Shown in pieces: positions 38,688 through 49,000 of a DNA stretch of 64,000 nt. The notes under the pieces are model-generated. The model was not told the origin of the DNA, searched no databases, and worked only from the letters and a program-made list of their open reading frames with translations. Both the position numbers and the translations under genes were made by a program. Each line of letters starts with the position of its first letter. Position 1 is the first letter of the stretch. This DNA is from a virus. Location: IMG/VR virus record IMGVR_UViG_3300019755_000002, positions 14,717 to 78,716 of that record; one strand, written 5' to 3'.

Positions 38688-41600
38688 CTAAAATCTATAT
38701 GTACAAGCTATTTGTTTAACTTGTTCAGGGTAATCAAAAATAACGTCTTCGTGGCTTTCTGCCACTGTGTAGTTATAAACCAAATCATCATCTTGCTGCT
38801 GGGCTTTACCCGCCATAGCGCTAGAGCAAAGATTGTCGCCATCGAGGATATTCCCACCTAGACCACAAACATTAATTAAGCCTTCACCAACGGAATTTAT
38901 CGTTACAAGTTCGTCGTCCATGTCGAATTCTTCGGACAACTGTTCCCAAGTCATTCCTAGAGGTAGCTGGTCATAACTATTAAGATATGTGGCTAGAGTT
39001 AAAGCCTCAGAGTAAACGCCATAAACGTTCTTTTCTTTAAACGTTTCAGTTTTTTTAACTTCGGATATTGAGTTGCTTATATCTGACTTAACCACCACTC
39101 TAGCCCTACTAACTAAATCTCCTACTTCGATAATATGGGGGGTTTTCACTATACATATGTGTCGCCCCGTAAAAGGAGATACACCACCAGGACTAAAAAT
39201 ACCCCGCCAGTTATTAGCGGCATTACGGTTAGAAATATAAAGCCCCCAATCACTATAACCTCGAGCATCGAAATCGGCAGGAACGTAACTTGCTGGGGGT
39301 TGACTGATGATCCCCCCCTTTTCAGGTATGTAGCATCGGGAATAGCCCGAACTATCAGAAAATATGAAGGCCGTAGACCCTTGGTTATTTTCAGTTACAC
39401 TAAAAGAGCCACCATTCCCCCCGCGCATTTTAATAGACGTAGTCTCAATGTCGCACTTACCTGTTGCGGGATTAAAGTCTAATTTTGCATTTCCAGAAGA
39501 ACATAACAGTCTACCCGTAAAGGTCGCATCTACAGCCAAAACGATGTCCGCTGCTAATTTACTGGTTGTAACCGAGTTTGCGGCTAAGTGTACGGCTTCA
39601 ATAGCTAGAGCCTTAATCTTCCCCGCTGTAATAGCGTAGGCTGCAATCTTATCCGCTGTGATTGCACCAGCGGCTATTTTACTCGCTAACACCGAGTTTG
39701 CAGCGAGTTTATCCGCAACTACCGCCCCTGCAGCTATTTTATCCGCAATCACAGCGTTGGCTGAAATTTTGTCCGCAGTCACAGCATTTGCCGTTATATG
39801 GTTGGCATAGATTTGATTGGCCGCAATCTTATCGGCTAAAACGGAGTTAGCCATCAACTTAGGTGTCGAAATAGAATTATTCGAGATGTTCGTTGTCGTT
39901 ATGGGGAACAAACCATTTAAATTACCAAGCTCTTGCCAAAGTGTTCCTAATTGTTGACTACGAGTAACACCCTCATCTACGATTGCTTGCTTATTTATCA
40001 AACCTTCTTGGGTAATTAATGCCTGACCAGCAGCTAATCTTATATCATTTACCATGGCGTCCCACGCCCTTGGTATCGTGTCTAACTCAGCTTGTATTTC
40101 TTCAATCAACTCCCCCTCGCCAGATAAAGGACTTTCATTAATATAAACCAGTACCCCACCTTGTTCAGGGAAGAAAGCTGTTGTTCCAAATGGGCCTATA
40201 GACCTCGCCCACAATAAATACTGGCTGTCAGCGTCTAGATTAAAATAATCCACTAGGGTTGGTGCTGTGCGAATTAATTCGGCATCAACAATGTTAGGAA
40301 GTGGTTCACCCTCAATAACCTTGGCTATCCACCACTCGACCAGCACATCTTCTATCACCAGTTCATCAAATAATGGTGATGCTGAAAGTGATTGGCGAAC
40401 AACGTTTGTTTCAATATCCACAATCAAAGGAACACCGTCGGCCGTTATGTTCTCTACACGTAGAACCGAGTATTCCCCTTGTTGGTCTATTAATTGAAAC
40501 TCTAAACGTAGGTCATTACTAGCAGCACCTAATTTCTTAAGATGCTCTAATAAGGTATAAGTTATCTCACCGTCCGAGCTTGTCCCCTCTAATAACAAGG
40601 TTTCAGTTTTATTATCTATCAGAGAAAAACGCACACCCGAAATAAGACCTGAGCTTAATAAAGGCATCTTGCTTCTGGGCGCATCAACATCAAAAAGATA
40701 TTCTGCCTCAATAAGACACGTTAAATCGCCTTGATTAAAACTAAAACTTAAGGAAGTAAAAAGCTGGTCTTCAGAGTATTCCCCTAAAACGAAAGATAAT
40801 TCATTAATCGTCCATTTAAAAAGGTCGGAATAAAACTTCTTATCGTTATAAACCATAACCACGGTAAAGCCGTAGTCTCCAACCGTTACGTTAGGTACTT
40901 CAATAAGCGTAGCATTGGTCGTTAACCTTAAACCTGTATCAACACCATCTTTGAAAACTTGTAGCTCATAGTAAGCCCCAAGATAGACTTTTGAGGGCGA
41001 ATCCCATGTTAACCATAAATTAAGTTGCCTCTGATCTTTCACATTAACGTATTCTTGCTTAAGCACCGTAATGTTCTGGGGTGATTCCCCTGTTTTGGGG
41101 TTGTCAAAATTAAAGCTTGGTTTATTGGTTAACAGTAAGTTATCCGCTGCATCGTGTTTGTTTCTATTTACTTCAACAGCCGTTAGACTCACAGCTTTAC
41201 TTTCGGGGTCAACTTCCGAAATGGAAACAATTCTAAATGGTTTAGATATCCCTGGAGCACTATTTTCACGTTGAATAGAAAACGCGGGATATTGTGGTAA
41301 GTCCAGTGTTGGGGCTACACTTAGCGTTAGCTCCTTAAAAAAACCTACCCTATCAACAGTAAAAGAGATTGTTTCAATAGCGTCAGATTGCGTTTGCACC
41401 AAGAAATAAAACGTGCCTGACTCTTCTAAATAAATAGGGTCTCTAAACGTGACCTTTTTATTTTCTAACGCTAAAATACGCCCTGATATACCCCAATCTT
41501 GATCAGGGTCAACAATGTTTATAATGTCGAAAAGTTCAAAACGAATCCCAGCATTAGGCAACATGAAAGTTACAGACATGGTTTCTGTTTGAGACGAGAT

Positions 41601-43478
41601 TAGTCGAAAATACATCTTCCGCCATGCTTCTTGAGCATAGATACAACCAACACTCTCGTATTCCAAAACATTCGCACCATGTTTATCTTGTGCATTTTGG
41701 TCAACTAATGGTCCTAAGTATTGACGTTCCCAATCCAATTCAGAATCTATATATGAAGAAACTATTTCATTCGGTCGCTCAGTTAAATCCGTATGGCTGT
41801 AAGTAAAGACCACGTTAGGACTCGTTTCGATACACTGCTCAGGGGTAATGGTGGCTACTGCGGCTGTGTTCCTGTCAGCAACAATAACTAACTGACCATG
41901 TTCATCATCATAGGCCTGAGCATTGGCCGAGCCTAAAATGTAGTTGATAAGATCTAACCCATTTTGCTTTTCAGTGATCACACCATTAAAAGTAAAACGC
42001 GCATGTTCCCCACCATCACCGTCTGACAACATTTCATCCGCATGTTTCGCTAACGTGTAGACGCGATATCTGTCTATCGTAACTCGTGGGTTTATACGGT
42101 AATAACCTATTCTAGTATTTGTTACTAGTTCATAGGCGATCCAAAAAGGGTTATCCGTCCATCTTTTTTCAGTTTTAAATTCCCCATCCCAAACAATGCT
42201 CTCATCATATGTTTTGGTCTCTGGGTTATAGTTGGTTGGTACTGAACAAAGTAAACCTTTCCATACCCCAGAAATATTTGGTAGGTTTTGAATTTCACTA
42301 TTAAGTAGAGCGGCCACATGCAACATTGCCGTCCCTGCATGATATTCTGCCTCAGCTTCCGAACCAGCAATACCCACGTTTTCTGTTTCATAACTTAACC
42401 AAGAGATTCGTTGAATAAATTCTTCATCGTTCTCAACGCCAACTAACGTAACCGAAAGTTCAACGCCTTTTTCACTATTTGGTACCGTAAAAGTGTAGCC
42501 TCGAACAAAGCCACCAACAGTTGTTTTTCCCTCGACAGTTATTTTGTCCGTTAATAGTGTTGGATTAGAAACTAAGTCATCTTCTTCAATAACGAGACGC
42601 CCCCACCCATCGACCACAATCCATTTAACCAACAAATCCATGCCTAATTCTTCTCTGGAATGCCTTTCAGCCACTTTTTCGGCATAAAACTGGGCAAACT
42701 CTGCCTGAGTTTTACTTATCGTAGCCCCCCATTCATCGCGTTCAAGTTCAAGTTGAAACCACACCTGAGAATAGAAATATTTTTCGTATTTATTCGTCTC
42801 GATATTTAAAATCCAAGCACCGACAAGCGTACCTTGCTGACCTGCTTCGTAATAGAGTCCGAGATAATAGATATTAACGCGCCGAGGAATGGCTCCATTC
42901 TCTGGAGACATACCACCAGAAGATTCATCGGAAATAACCCGCTGCTTTATCGCCGTCCAATCTTCACCAATATAACGCCACTTTATTGCTAATTCCGCAC
43001 TTGACGATTTATACCCCTCATCAGTTGCGCGATATAATTGCTGTACAGCTAAGCGAATTTCAACTCGGTTATATTGTCCTGCAATAGCTGCGGGTATCGT
43101 CCTAGTAAGTGTAACGTCGTCTACCAGTGTAGCATTAACAACGTGAGGAGAAGTGTTTCCGCCAAGTAGGTAAGCAATAGGACTTTGACCGTAAAGATTG
43201 TCTTCTAAATCCGTCAACACTTTTCCAGATTCAGACCGTAGAATAAACTCGGCTTCAGGAAATTGAAGTTCACCATTAACGTCTCGTATCGCAGTGTCAT
43301 CCACAAAAAGATTCGCTAATTTTTCTTCTTCCGTGTCACCGTCTAGGCCATAGATTGGGCCTTCACAAATACCAAGAAGCATTTCAAAGCCGTCAGTAGA
43401 CCATAACGAATCTCTATCGTTACCAGCGTCATTTCCGCCACCACTGCCCGAGGCAAATGTGGTCTTCATCTTCGTCAT
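38688..43478 (-). CDS. central tail fibre / tip protein J (host specificity)
   Basis: 'GICEGPIYGL', 'VPTNYNP', 'WDG.FK...WTDNP.W', FnIII-like segment, 'ADKIAAN' repeats, C-terminal chaperone-like domain. Confidence 0.88.
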   Translation of the reverse strand: MTKMKTTFASGSGGGNDAGNDRDSLWSTDGFEMLLGICEGPIYGLDGDTEEEKLANLFVDDTAIRDVNGELQFPEAEFILRSESGKVLTDLEDNLYGQSPIAYLLGGNTSPHVVNATLVDDVTLTRTIPAAIAGQYNRVEIRLAVQQLYRATDEGYKSSSAELAIKWRYIGEDWTAIKQRVISDESSGGMSPENGAIPRRVNIYYLGLYYEAGQQGTLVGAWILNIETNKYEKYFYSQVWFQLELERDEWGATISKTQAEFAQFYAEKVAERHSREELGMDLLVKWIVVDGWGRLVIEEDDLVSNPTLLTDKITVEGKTTVGGFVRGYTFTVPNSEKGVELSVTLVGVENDEEFIQRISWLSYETENVGIAGSEAEAEYHAGTAMLHVAALLNSEIQNLPNISGVWKGLLCSVPTNYNPETKTYDESIVWDGEFKTEKRWTDNPFWIAYELVTNTRIGYYRINPRVTIDRYRVYTLAKHADEMLSDGDGGEHARFTFNGVITEKQNGLDLINYILGSANAQAYDDEHGQLVIVADRNTAAVATITPEQCIETSPNVVFTYSHTDLTERPNEIVSSYIDSELDWERQYLGPLVDQNAQDKHGANVLEYESVGCIYAQEAWRKMYFRLISSQTETMSVTFMLPNAGIRFELFDIINIVDPDQDWGISGRILALENKKVTFRDPIYLEESGTFYFLVQTQSDAIETISFTVDRVGFFKELTLSVAPTLDLPQYPAFSIQRENSAPGISKPFRIVSISEVDPESKAVSLTAVEVNRNKHDAADNLLLTNKPSFNFDNPKTGESPQNITVLKQEYVNVKDQRQLNLWLTWDSPSKVYLGAYYELQVFKDGVDTGLRLTTNATLIEVPNVTVGDYGFTVVMVYNDKKFYSDLFKWTINELSFVLGEYSEDQLFTSLSFSFNQGDLTCLIEAEYLFDVDAPRSKMPLLSSGLISGVRFSLIDNKTETLLLEGTSSDGEITYTLLEHLKKLGAASNDLRLEFQLIDQQGEYSVLRVENITADGVPLIVDIETNVVRQSLSASPLFDELVIEDVLVEWWIAKVIEGEPLPNIVDAELIRTAPTLVDYFNLDADSQYLLWARSIGPFGTTAFFPEQGGVLVYINESPLSGEGELIEEIQAELDTIPRAWDAMVNDIRLAAGQALITQEGLINKQAIVDEGVTRSQQLGTLWQELGNLNGLFPITTTNISNNSISTPKLMANSVLADKIAANQIYANHITANAVTADKISANAVIADKIAAGAVVADKLAANSVLASKIAAGAITADKIAAYAITAGKIKALAIEAVHLAANSVTTSKLAADIVLAVDATFTGRLLCSSGNAKLDFNPATGKCDIETTSIKMRGGNGGSFSVTENNQGSTAFIFSDSSGYSRCYIPEKGGIISQPPASYVPADFDARGYSDWGLYISNRNAANNWRGIFSPGGVSPFTGRHICIVKTPHIIEVGDLVSRARVVVKSDISNSISEVKKTETFKEKNVYGVYSEALTLATYLNSYDQLPLGMTWEQLSEEFDMDDELVTINSVGEGLINVCGLGGNILDGDNLCSSAMAGKAQQQDDDLVYNYTVAESHEDVIFDYPEQVKQIACTYRF

Positions 43479-43518
43479 ATCGTCAATCATTCCAAATTTT
43501 AGTTACTTAGTTGTTTAA

Positions 43519-44151
43519 TTATTCATTGTTTAACGTAACGCTTAAATTTTCCCACGAGTCTTTAAATAATTGTGGTGTAAGCAATAAGTCCGACAAATGT
43601 AACTCTTTTGTTTCTCTACTCACGGCATTAAGACTAAATATATGCCCCCCGTGTTTATGTCTTCCGAGGATAATCGGTATTGGTGTACCTGATTTTACGG
43701 TGTTTTGGTAACTCGTTACAGAATAATTTTTATTATCCTCGTCGGTTTCTTTTTTTATTGGATTTAGTAGTTCAACAACTCCACCAAGAATTAAACCTAC
43801 CCCCGCTGGTTGAAGATATGGTGCTGTAACAGGGGCAACGTAAGCCACGACCAAAAGCACAATACCGATCACAATTCTAACATTGGGGTTATTCCCTGAA
43901 CCACATACGTCTTTAGGATAAATTACGCTCTCACTGGTGATGTTCAAAGTATTGACTTCTATAGGTTCATCTAAGCTTGAACTTTGAGTGCACTCTTTTA
44001 CCCGACACAAAAAACGCTTTTGTGTGTTGTTTGGATTAAGCTCAGGTATTAATTGCAGGGAATTCAATGCTTCGCGTATCGTTCTAGCCGCCACTTTAAT
44101 CGGTTTGGTGTACAGCTTGGAAATATCACCGTGTAATTGTATTGTGATCAT
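43519..44151 (-). CDS. tail assembly protein I-like
   Basis: 'IQLHG', TM-like segment, 'NTVKSGTPIPIILG'. Confidence 0.8.
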   Translation of the reverse strand: MITIQLHGDISKLYTKPIKVAARTIREALNSLQLIPELNPNNTQKRFLCRVKECTQSSSLDEPIEVNTLNITSESVIYPKDVCGSGNNPNVRIVIGIVLLVVAYVAPVTAPYLQPAGVGLILGGVVELLNPIKKETDEDNKNYSVTSYQNTVKSGTPIPIILGRHKHGGHIFSLNAVSRETKELHLSDLLLTPQLFKDSWENLSVTLNNE

Positions 44152-44152
44152 A

Positions 44153-44509
44153 CTAAAAGTCTCGTCTGCTAAGATTCATAACTTTACCGTCAATTGCTTG
44201 ATAACAAGCCACCCCCTTAACGCTAATAATGTAATGGGATAAATGGGGTAGCCTTTTAAAACATTCGTAGTCGTTCAATGATAAGTTGTAGCTTCTTAGA
44301 GTATGACTATGCCAGGTACTAACAATCTCACCTTCAACGTTATCCACGTCTTCGCTTAACATTCTAAAATTATCTCTCGGCTGGGTATGTCTGTTGGGTA
44401 GCTCGACAACCTCACCAGACTCAAGAATAACGCCGCAACGTTCTTCATTCCAAGTAGTTATAATAGCTAACCAATCAACCTTAAGACCCTCCTTATTAAG
44501 CATTTCCAA
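44153..44509 (-). CDS. JAB/MPN-domain tail protein (gpK N-half)
   Basis: 'ERCGVI', 'WHSH', 'LSLND'. Confidence 0.8.
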   Translation of the reverse strand: MEMLNKEGLKVDWLAIITTWNEERCGVILESGEVVELPNRHTQPRDNFRMLSEDVDNVEGEIVSTWHSHTLRSYNLSLNDYECFKRLPHLSHYIISVKGVACYQAIDGKVMNLSRRDF

Positions 44510-44987
44510 AACCTCCTAGTTTCTTTTTAGCCTCGTAAGGTAACTGGGATAAAATTACGGGGTTAACACTAGATAAGGTTCGTTCCATTTCCGTATGCCT
44601 TAAGACTTTTTTAACGCGCATTCTCCACTTTGGAGAATACTCTTCAATAAAACTACGTTGACCTTCCAAATGATGAAGGATTTTTCCTTGACCAACGTAG
44701 GTTGCAACGTGATTTGGGTGTTGCGGTCTACCCAAGCTAAGCAATAAAACATCACCTAGTCTAACATTTCTAGGATTATCACCAACATCAACAAAACCCT
44801 GATTTTGAAATTCAGAAACAAAAAAGTTTAAATCTGGGTGAAGATACCAAAGATGTGGGCGAGCAAGGTCTATTAGCGTAACATCCAAATACGACTGAAA
44901 TAATTGCTGTACTAGGGTGTAACAATCTTGCCACCCCTCAACATACTCTTTACCTTGTAATGACAAAGCGGCATCAAAAAGAATCAT
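44496..44987 (-). CDS. NlpC/P60 tail protein (gpK C-half)
   Basis: 'DCYTLV', 'NHVATYVG.GKILHH'. Confidence 0.85.
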   Translation of the reverse strand: MILFDAALSLQGKEYVEGWQDCYTLVQQLFQSYLDVTLIDLARPHLWYLHPDLNFFVSEFQNQGFVDVGDNPRNVRLGDVLLLSLGRPQHPNHVATYVGQGKILHHLEGQRSFIEEYSPKWRMRVKKVLRHTEMERTLSSVNPVILSQLPYEAKKKLGGFGNA

Positions 44988-45469
44988 AAGCGCACCTGAT
45001 TAAATTCAGGCTGTGTGAAACGTCTAGGCGGCAACATAAAATTATTACCATCCGACAGGTAGTTTAATTGGCAACTAATCATTTGACGATTAACTTCAAC
45101 AATACGACTAACGTAAAATTGATTCGTTAAGCTTTCATTACTGTCAAGATTCTCTGGATGGACTAAATACTGGGTTACTCTCGCATTATCCAAGTAACCT
45201 TTTTGGATGTAATAACTGTAAACACCTTCTGGGTTCGGCAATATTAATCGTGGACGTGTTTTTTCACCCCCGCTTTTATCACCTAAACCACTTAGATTAA
45301 AAGCGACTTTACTCCAAGTAAGACCATTCCATTCTAGGGTTTGTGACAAGCAAAAGTGCTGAACAACGGGGCCGTCGTCAGTTTCAATGTATATTTTTAG
45401 AAGTTCATAGGGCGCAGAGCTATTCAAGGAATGCTTCTCTTGCTCCATTCCCGAAGGCAAAACTTTCAT
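44984..45469 (-). CDS. minor tail protein L-like
   Basis: Synteny M-L-K-I-J; 'RPRL..PN', 'LPPRRF'. Confidence 0.7.
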   Translation of the reverse strand: MKVLPSGMEQEKHSLNSSAPYELLKIYIETDDGPVVQHFCLSQTLEWNGLTWSKVAFNLSGLGDKSGGEKTRPRLILPNPEGVYSYYIQKGYLDNARVTQYLVHPENLDSNESLTNQFYVSRIVEVNRQMISCQLNYLSDGNNFMLPPRRFTQPEFNQVRL

Positions 45470-45512
45470 ATCGTCAATCCAGATTGTCGTTGTTCTTAAA
45501 TTTGACTATAGC

Positions 45513-45551
45513 AAAAAAAATAAAACCTCGGAACATAAAAATGCTCCGAGG
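45513..45551 (-). terminator. intrinsic terminator
   Basis: CCTCGGAGCAT-TTTT-ATGTTCCGAGG followed by TTTTATTTTTTTT. Confidence 0.85.
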
Positions 45552-45590
45552 CCAACTATTGGATTGACGATATGTGCCTTACGACGCATA
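45513..45590 (-). ncRNA. predicted small RNA antisense to the shared RBS motif of phage genes
   Basis: 5' GUAA-tetraloop hairpin, seed CAUAUCGUCAAUCCAA (45574-45559), intrinsic terminator, candidate promoter upstream. Confidence 0.7.
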
Positions 45591-45594
45591 CCAC

Positions 45595-45624
45595 AAGATA
45601 ACATTACCCGTAAACAAGCGACAA
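45595..45624 (-). promoter_or_regulatory. candidate sigma70 promoter of the sRNA
   Basis: TTGTCG-18 nt-TATCTT with an extended TG. Confidence 0.5.
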
Positions 45625-45645
45625 GTCCAGACATTTTAAGATAAT

Positions 45646-46032
45646 TTATCTCGGCTGTTCTTTAAATTCCAAAGTAAACCCTTGACTAACACCATTACCC
45701 TCCTTCAATAACTTTGGTGCTTCAAATGGTGCTGAAAACATCACCACAAGCACACCATGTAAGTAGTGTTCGTACTCAAAAGCTTTGTGTGTTTCATGTT
45801 CTTGGTAAAACCTCTCCAACGCCAAAAGATTTATCTCTGGATTTATTATCTCACTCACCAAGCCATCCTCATCAAGGAAGTATTTCATGGCGTTAAAACT
45901 CAACTTAAAAGTTCTCGCTGGGGGCGAATTGGGCTTAATCGTATGAGTCCAACCACCACCAAGGTCAACTTGGCTGTTTCTCTTTGGGTATGAATGTTGA
46001 ACTTCATGGTACGGGAAATTAAACACCTCCAC
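45646..46032 (-). CDS. minor tail protein M-like / distal tail protein
   Basis: Follows the tape measure gene; 'LERFYQEHETHKAFEY', 'FKEQP'. Confidence 0.7.
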   Translation of the reverse strand: MEVFNFPYHEVQHSYPKRNSQVDLGGGWTHTIKPNSPPARTFKLSFNAMKYFLDEDGLVSEIINPEINLLALERFYQEHETHKAFEYEHYLHGVLVVMFSAPFEAPKLLKEGNGVSQGFTLEFKEQPR

Positions 46033-49000
46033 TATAATTCTCCTTTAGCTATACGTTTAATTAATCGTTTTGTTTTACCATTTTTAAGCGCGTCTTCTTG
46101 TATAATGGTGACTACATCATTTGGCCCTAAGTTTTGCACTTTTTCTTGCTCAGTCACAACCCAGATATTTACATCCCCAGAAGACCCCTTATCCGTGGGT
46201 ATTGCTTGAGGTTCTAACGTTGCTGAGTTGTTGCCCAAACTACTAACCGTCGATGCATCAAGATTGTTTAAGGCCCGTACTCGGTCAATACCTAAAGCCT
46301 TAACCGCTGCTTGCCTGAGGACAAATTCCCCTTTAGCGGCTTTAATCAATGTTGAATCTCGACTCTCAATCCCTGAAGTAATTGCACCACCCGTAGAATA
46401 ACCACCACCATAAATCAAACCACCATTCCACGCTGTTTGAACGTTAGAACCTAAGCCAATCGTTGTAACACCATCACCCATACCACCCGTACTACCACCA
46501 AAGGCACTAGCAGCCAAGCCAAGCACTTGTTCCATCACGGAATTGGCCGTCATTTGTGCCGCTAAATTTAACATGCTGTCAATAATACTTAAGGTAAACC
46601 CTTTAAAGGCATCCGAGGCACTTGCTGAACCATCCACCCAAGATTTAAAGGCGTTAGCCCCAGCATCCCCCATCCCCACTATTACACTTTGAAGACCTAG
46701 TGAGGCCTCTGTTAACAAATCAAATCCCTCATAAGCTTTGTTGCTTTCCCTAAAAATAATACTGAAGAAACGAGAGACATCATCTTCCTCGGGATTAAAC
46801 GAAAAATCTTCGGTTTGACCTTGATCAGAGGAAAACGTACCTCCCCTAAGTTCTGAGGTGCGACGTCGTTTTTCCGCAGTCTTAAAGGTATACCCTTCAT
46901 TTTGCAACACGCGATTATTAAGCCTTAAGGCATCCGTTTGATCACCCGTTGCTTTGATATTTTCTTCCAATTGACCATTAAGCTTAGCAATGGTTTTGTT
47001 GTTGTTCTCAATCTCTGTTCTCAACTTTTGACTGTTTATCTTGGCAGTATCAGAAACTTTCCCCGCATTAAGTGGGTCATTAATTGTTGCTTGAAGACCC
47101 GCTATTTCACCTGTATTTGCTAAGTTCTGAGCCTTAAGTACCTCTACTAGCCTAGCAATACCGTTGGCGAATTCTTTTGACGATTGTTCATAAAGGTTAA
47201 TGGCTGATAAATTTCTTGCTGCGCTGGTGTCTTCACCTACTTGGCTATCACCACCAAAACGCGCTTGACGTTCAGCACTACTCTTCGTTTGTTTAGCCCC
47301 TGTTTGGTCTTCTATTAACGTGGTCTCAGCTTTTAATCTTTGCTGCTTATTACCTAAAGCATAGTCTTTATAATAGTCATTAATACCCTGAGCACGTTCC
47401 CAAGCATAACGTCGTTCTTTCAACTCTGATTTTCTTCGTTCACGTTCTTCTTTACGCTGCTGAGCTTCAAAATTTTTCTGTAACTCTTTACTGCGACGTT
47501 GAAAATCAGCTTCACTTTTAGCTTTAAATTTAAGGGCTTTTAATTCAGCATTATATTGAGCGCGACGCTCAGCTTCTAGTGTTAACCTCTCTTGCTCTCT
47601 AATACGAGAAAAAACCCTGTCCCCTTGCTCTTGGATATAGGCGTCACGGCTAATCTTAGCCAGTTTCTCTTGGTCATCTAATTTGTCAGACGTTGCTTGG
47701 TCAGAAGAATCAAACTTATTACGCTTTGTTTTTATTGCCGCAATCTGGTCTTCTATCGCAATGAGCTTAAGCTCTAGAGCATCAATTTCGGGCTTATTTT
47801 TAGCTTGAGTTAGCAATAGATTATTAAGCTTTTTATCTTCCGATAAGGTTCTAAGTTCACCCTCAGTTTGAGCAAAATAGGCCGATTGTGCTGGTTTTTG
47901 TTGTTGTTGAACAAAACCCAAAATTTCAGAATAAACACCCTGACTAGATGAAACAATGTCTGTGGCGTTCAGCACTTTATTTAATTGCACCCCTGTAGAC
48001 TTACCTTCACCAAAGAACGTCTCTAAAGCGGCTTTAGCTTCGGATTTTACTTCTTCCTGAATACTATTGATTTGCTCGGTAAAACGCTTTTGTAATTTTT
48101 CAGCCAAATCATGTCTAAGTAAGGGGTCGTCTTTTCCTTTGGTGCGTATTCTCTTTTGGTCTTGACCTAATTGAACTTGTAAATCTCTTACTTGCCCTTG
48201 GTATTTGTTTTGTAGATCAGCAACAATTTTATTTAATGCTTGAGGCTCACCAGAAGTCACCTTGTCGTACTTTTTAGCCGACTCAGTTATCTCCGAAGCC
48301 TTATCTTTTATAGTTTCCGTATAATTAAGTAAGTTTTGAATTCCAACCTTAAAATCAACTAAGTCATCGTCTCTGTTTCCCGTCTTAGCCGTAAACTTTA
48401 ACCCTTGCTTTAGTTTCTCATCAGGTAAATTACCAATGCCCGTAAGTATATTTCTGTAAGCTATTATACGACCTAAATTTTCTTTAGCCTTAGCGTAGCC
48501 ATTATTATCAATATCTAATTTTGATAAATTGTCTAATGTCTCCGATAACCTTAAGTTTTTAAGTTCAGGTGAAATCTCTTCAAGACTGAACCTCGTGCCA
48601 TATTCAAACTGAGTATCGCCATAAAAGACCTCTCGTTTTGAGATGTTTTCTCTATTATATCGATACTGATCTACTTTACTTTGTTGACGGGTTTCGCGTT
48701 TAATCTCGGGTGATAAACTGTCAATCTGTGTTAATAACTGCTCTTTAAGTAGTACACCACTTTTAGTTAACCCATCAGAATTAAAATTAGCCACATTTGT
48801 TCTAAATTCTTTTAACTTGGCACTAACCTCCTCAAAAGAAGTTGCATTAGAATCGAGAAAAAATCCCATGTCCTTAAGTTCAACATTTAAGGTGTTAATG
48901 AACTTAGTTAACGCTTTAGATCCTGTTTCACCATCAGCGAACTGTGCCTGTTTTAAATAGAGGCTATCCATAGAACTAGACAGTGTTTTTAACCAATGAT

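Noticed and set aside
33031-43490. Diversity-generating retroelement or invertible tail-fibre cassette
   Set aside because: No reverse transcriptase, invertase or TR/VR pair seen by eye
45572-45601. 9-codon + strand ORF (MCLTTHTTR) after the motif at 45561
   Set aside because: Tiny and antisense to the tail operon; the minus-strand promoter, hairpin and terminator explain the locus better. Not formally excluded.
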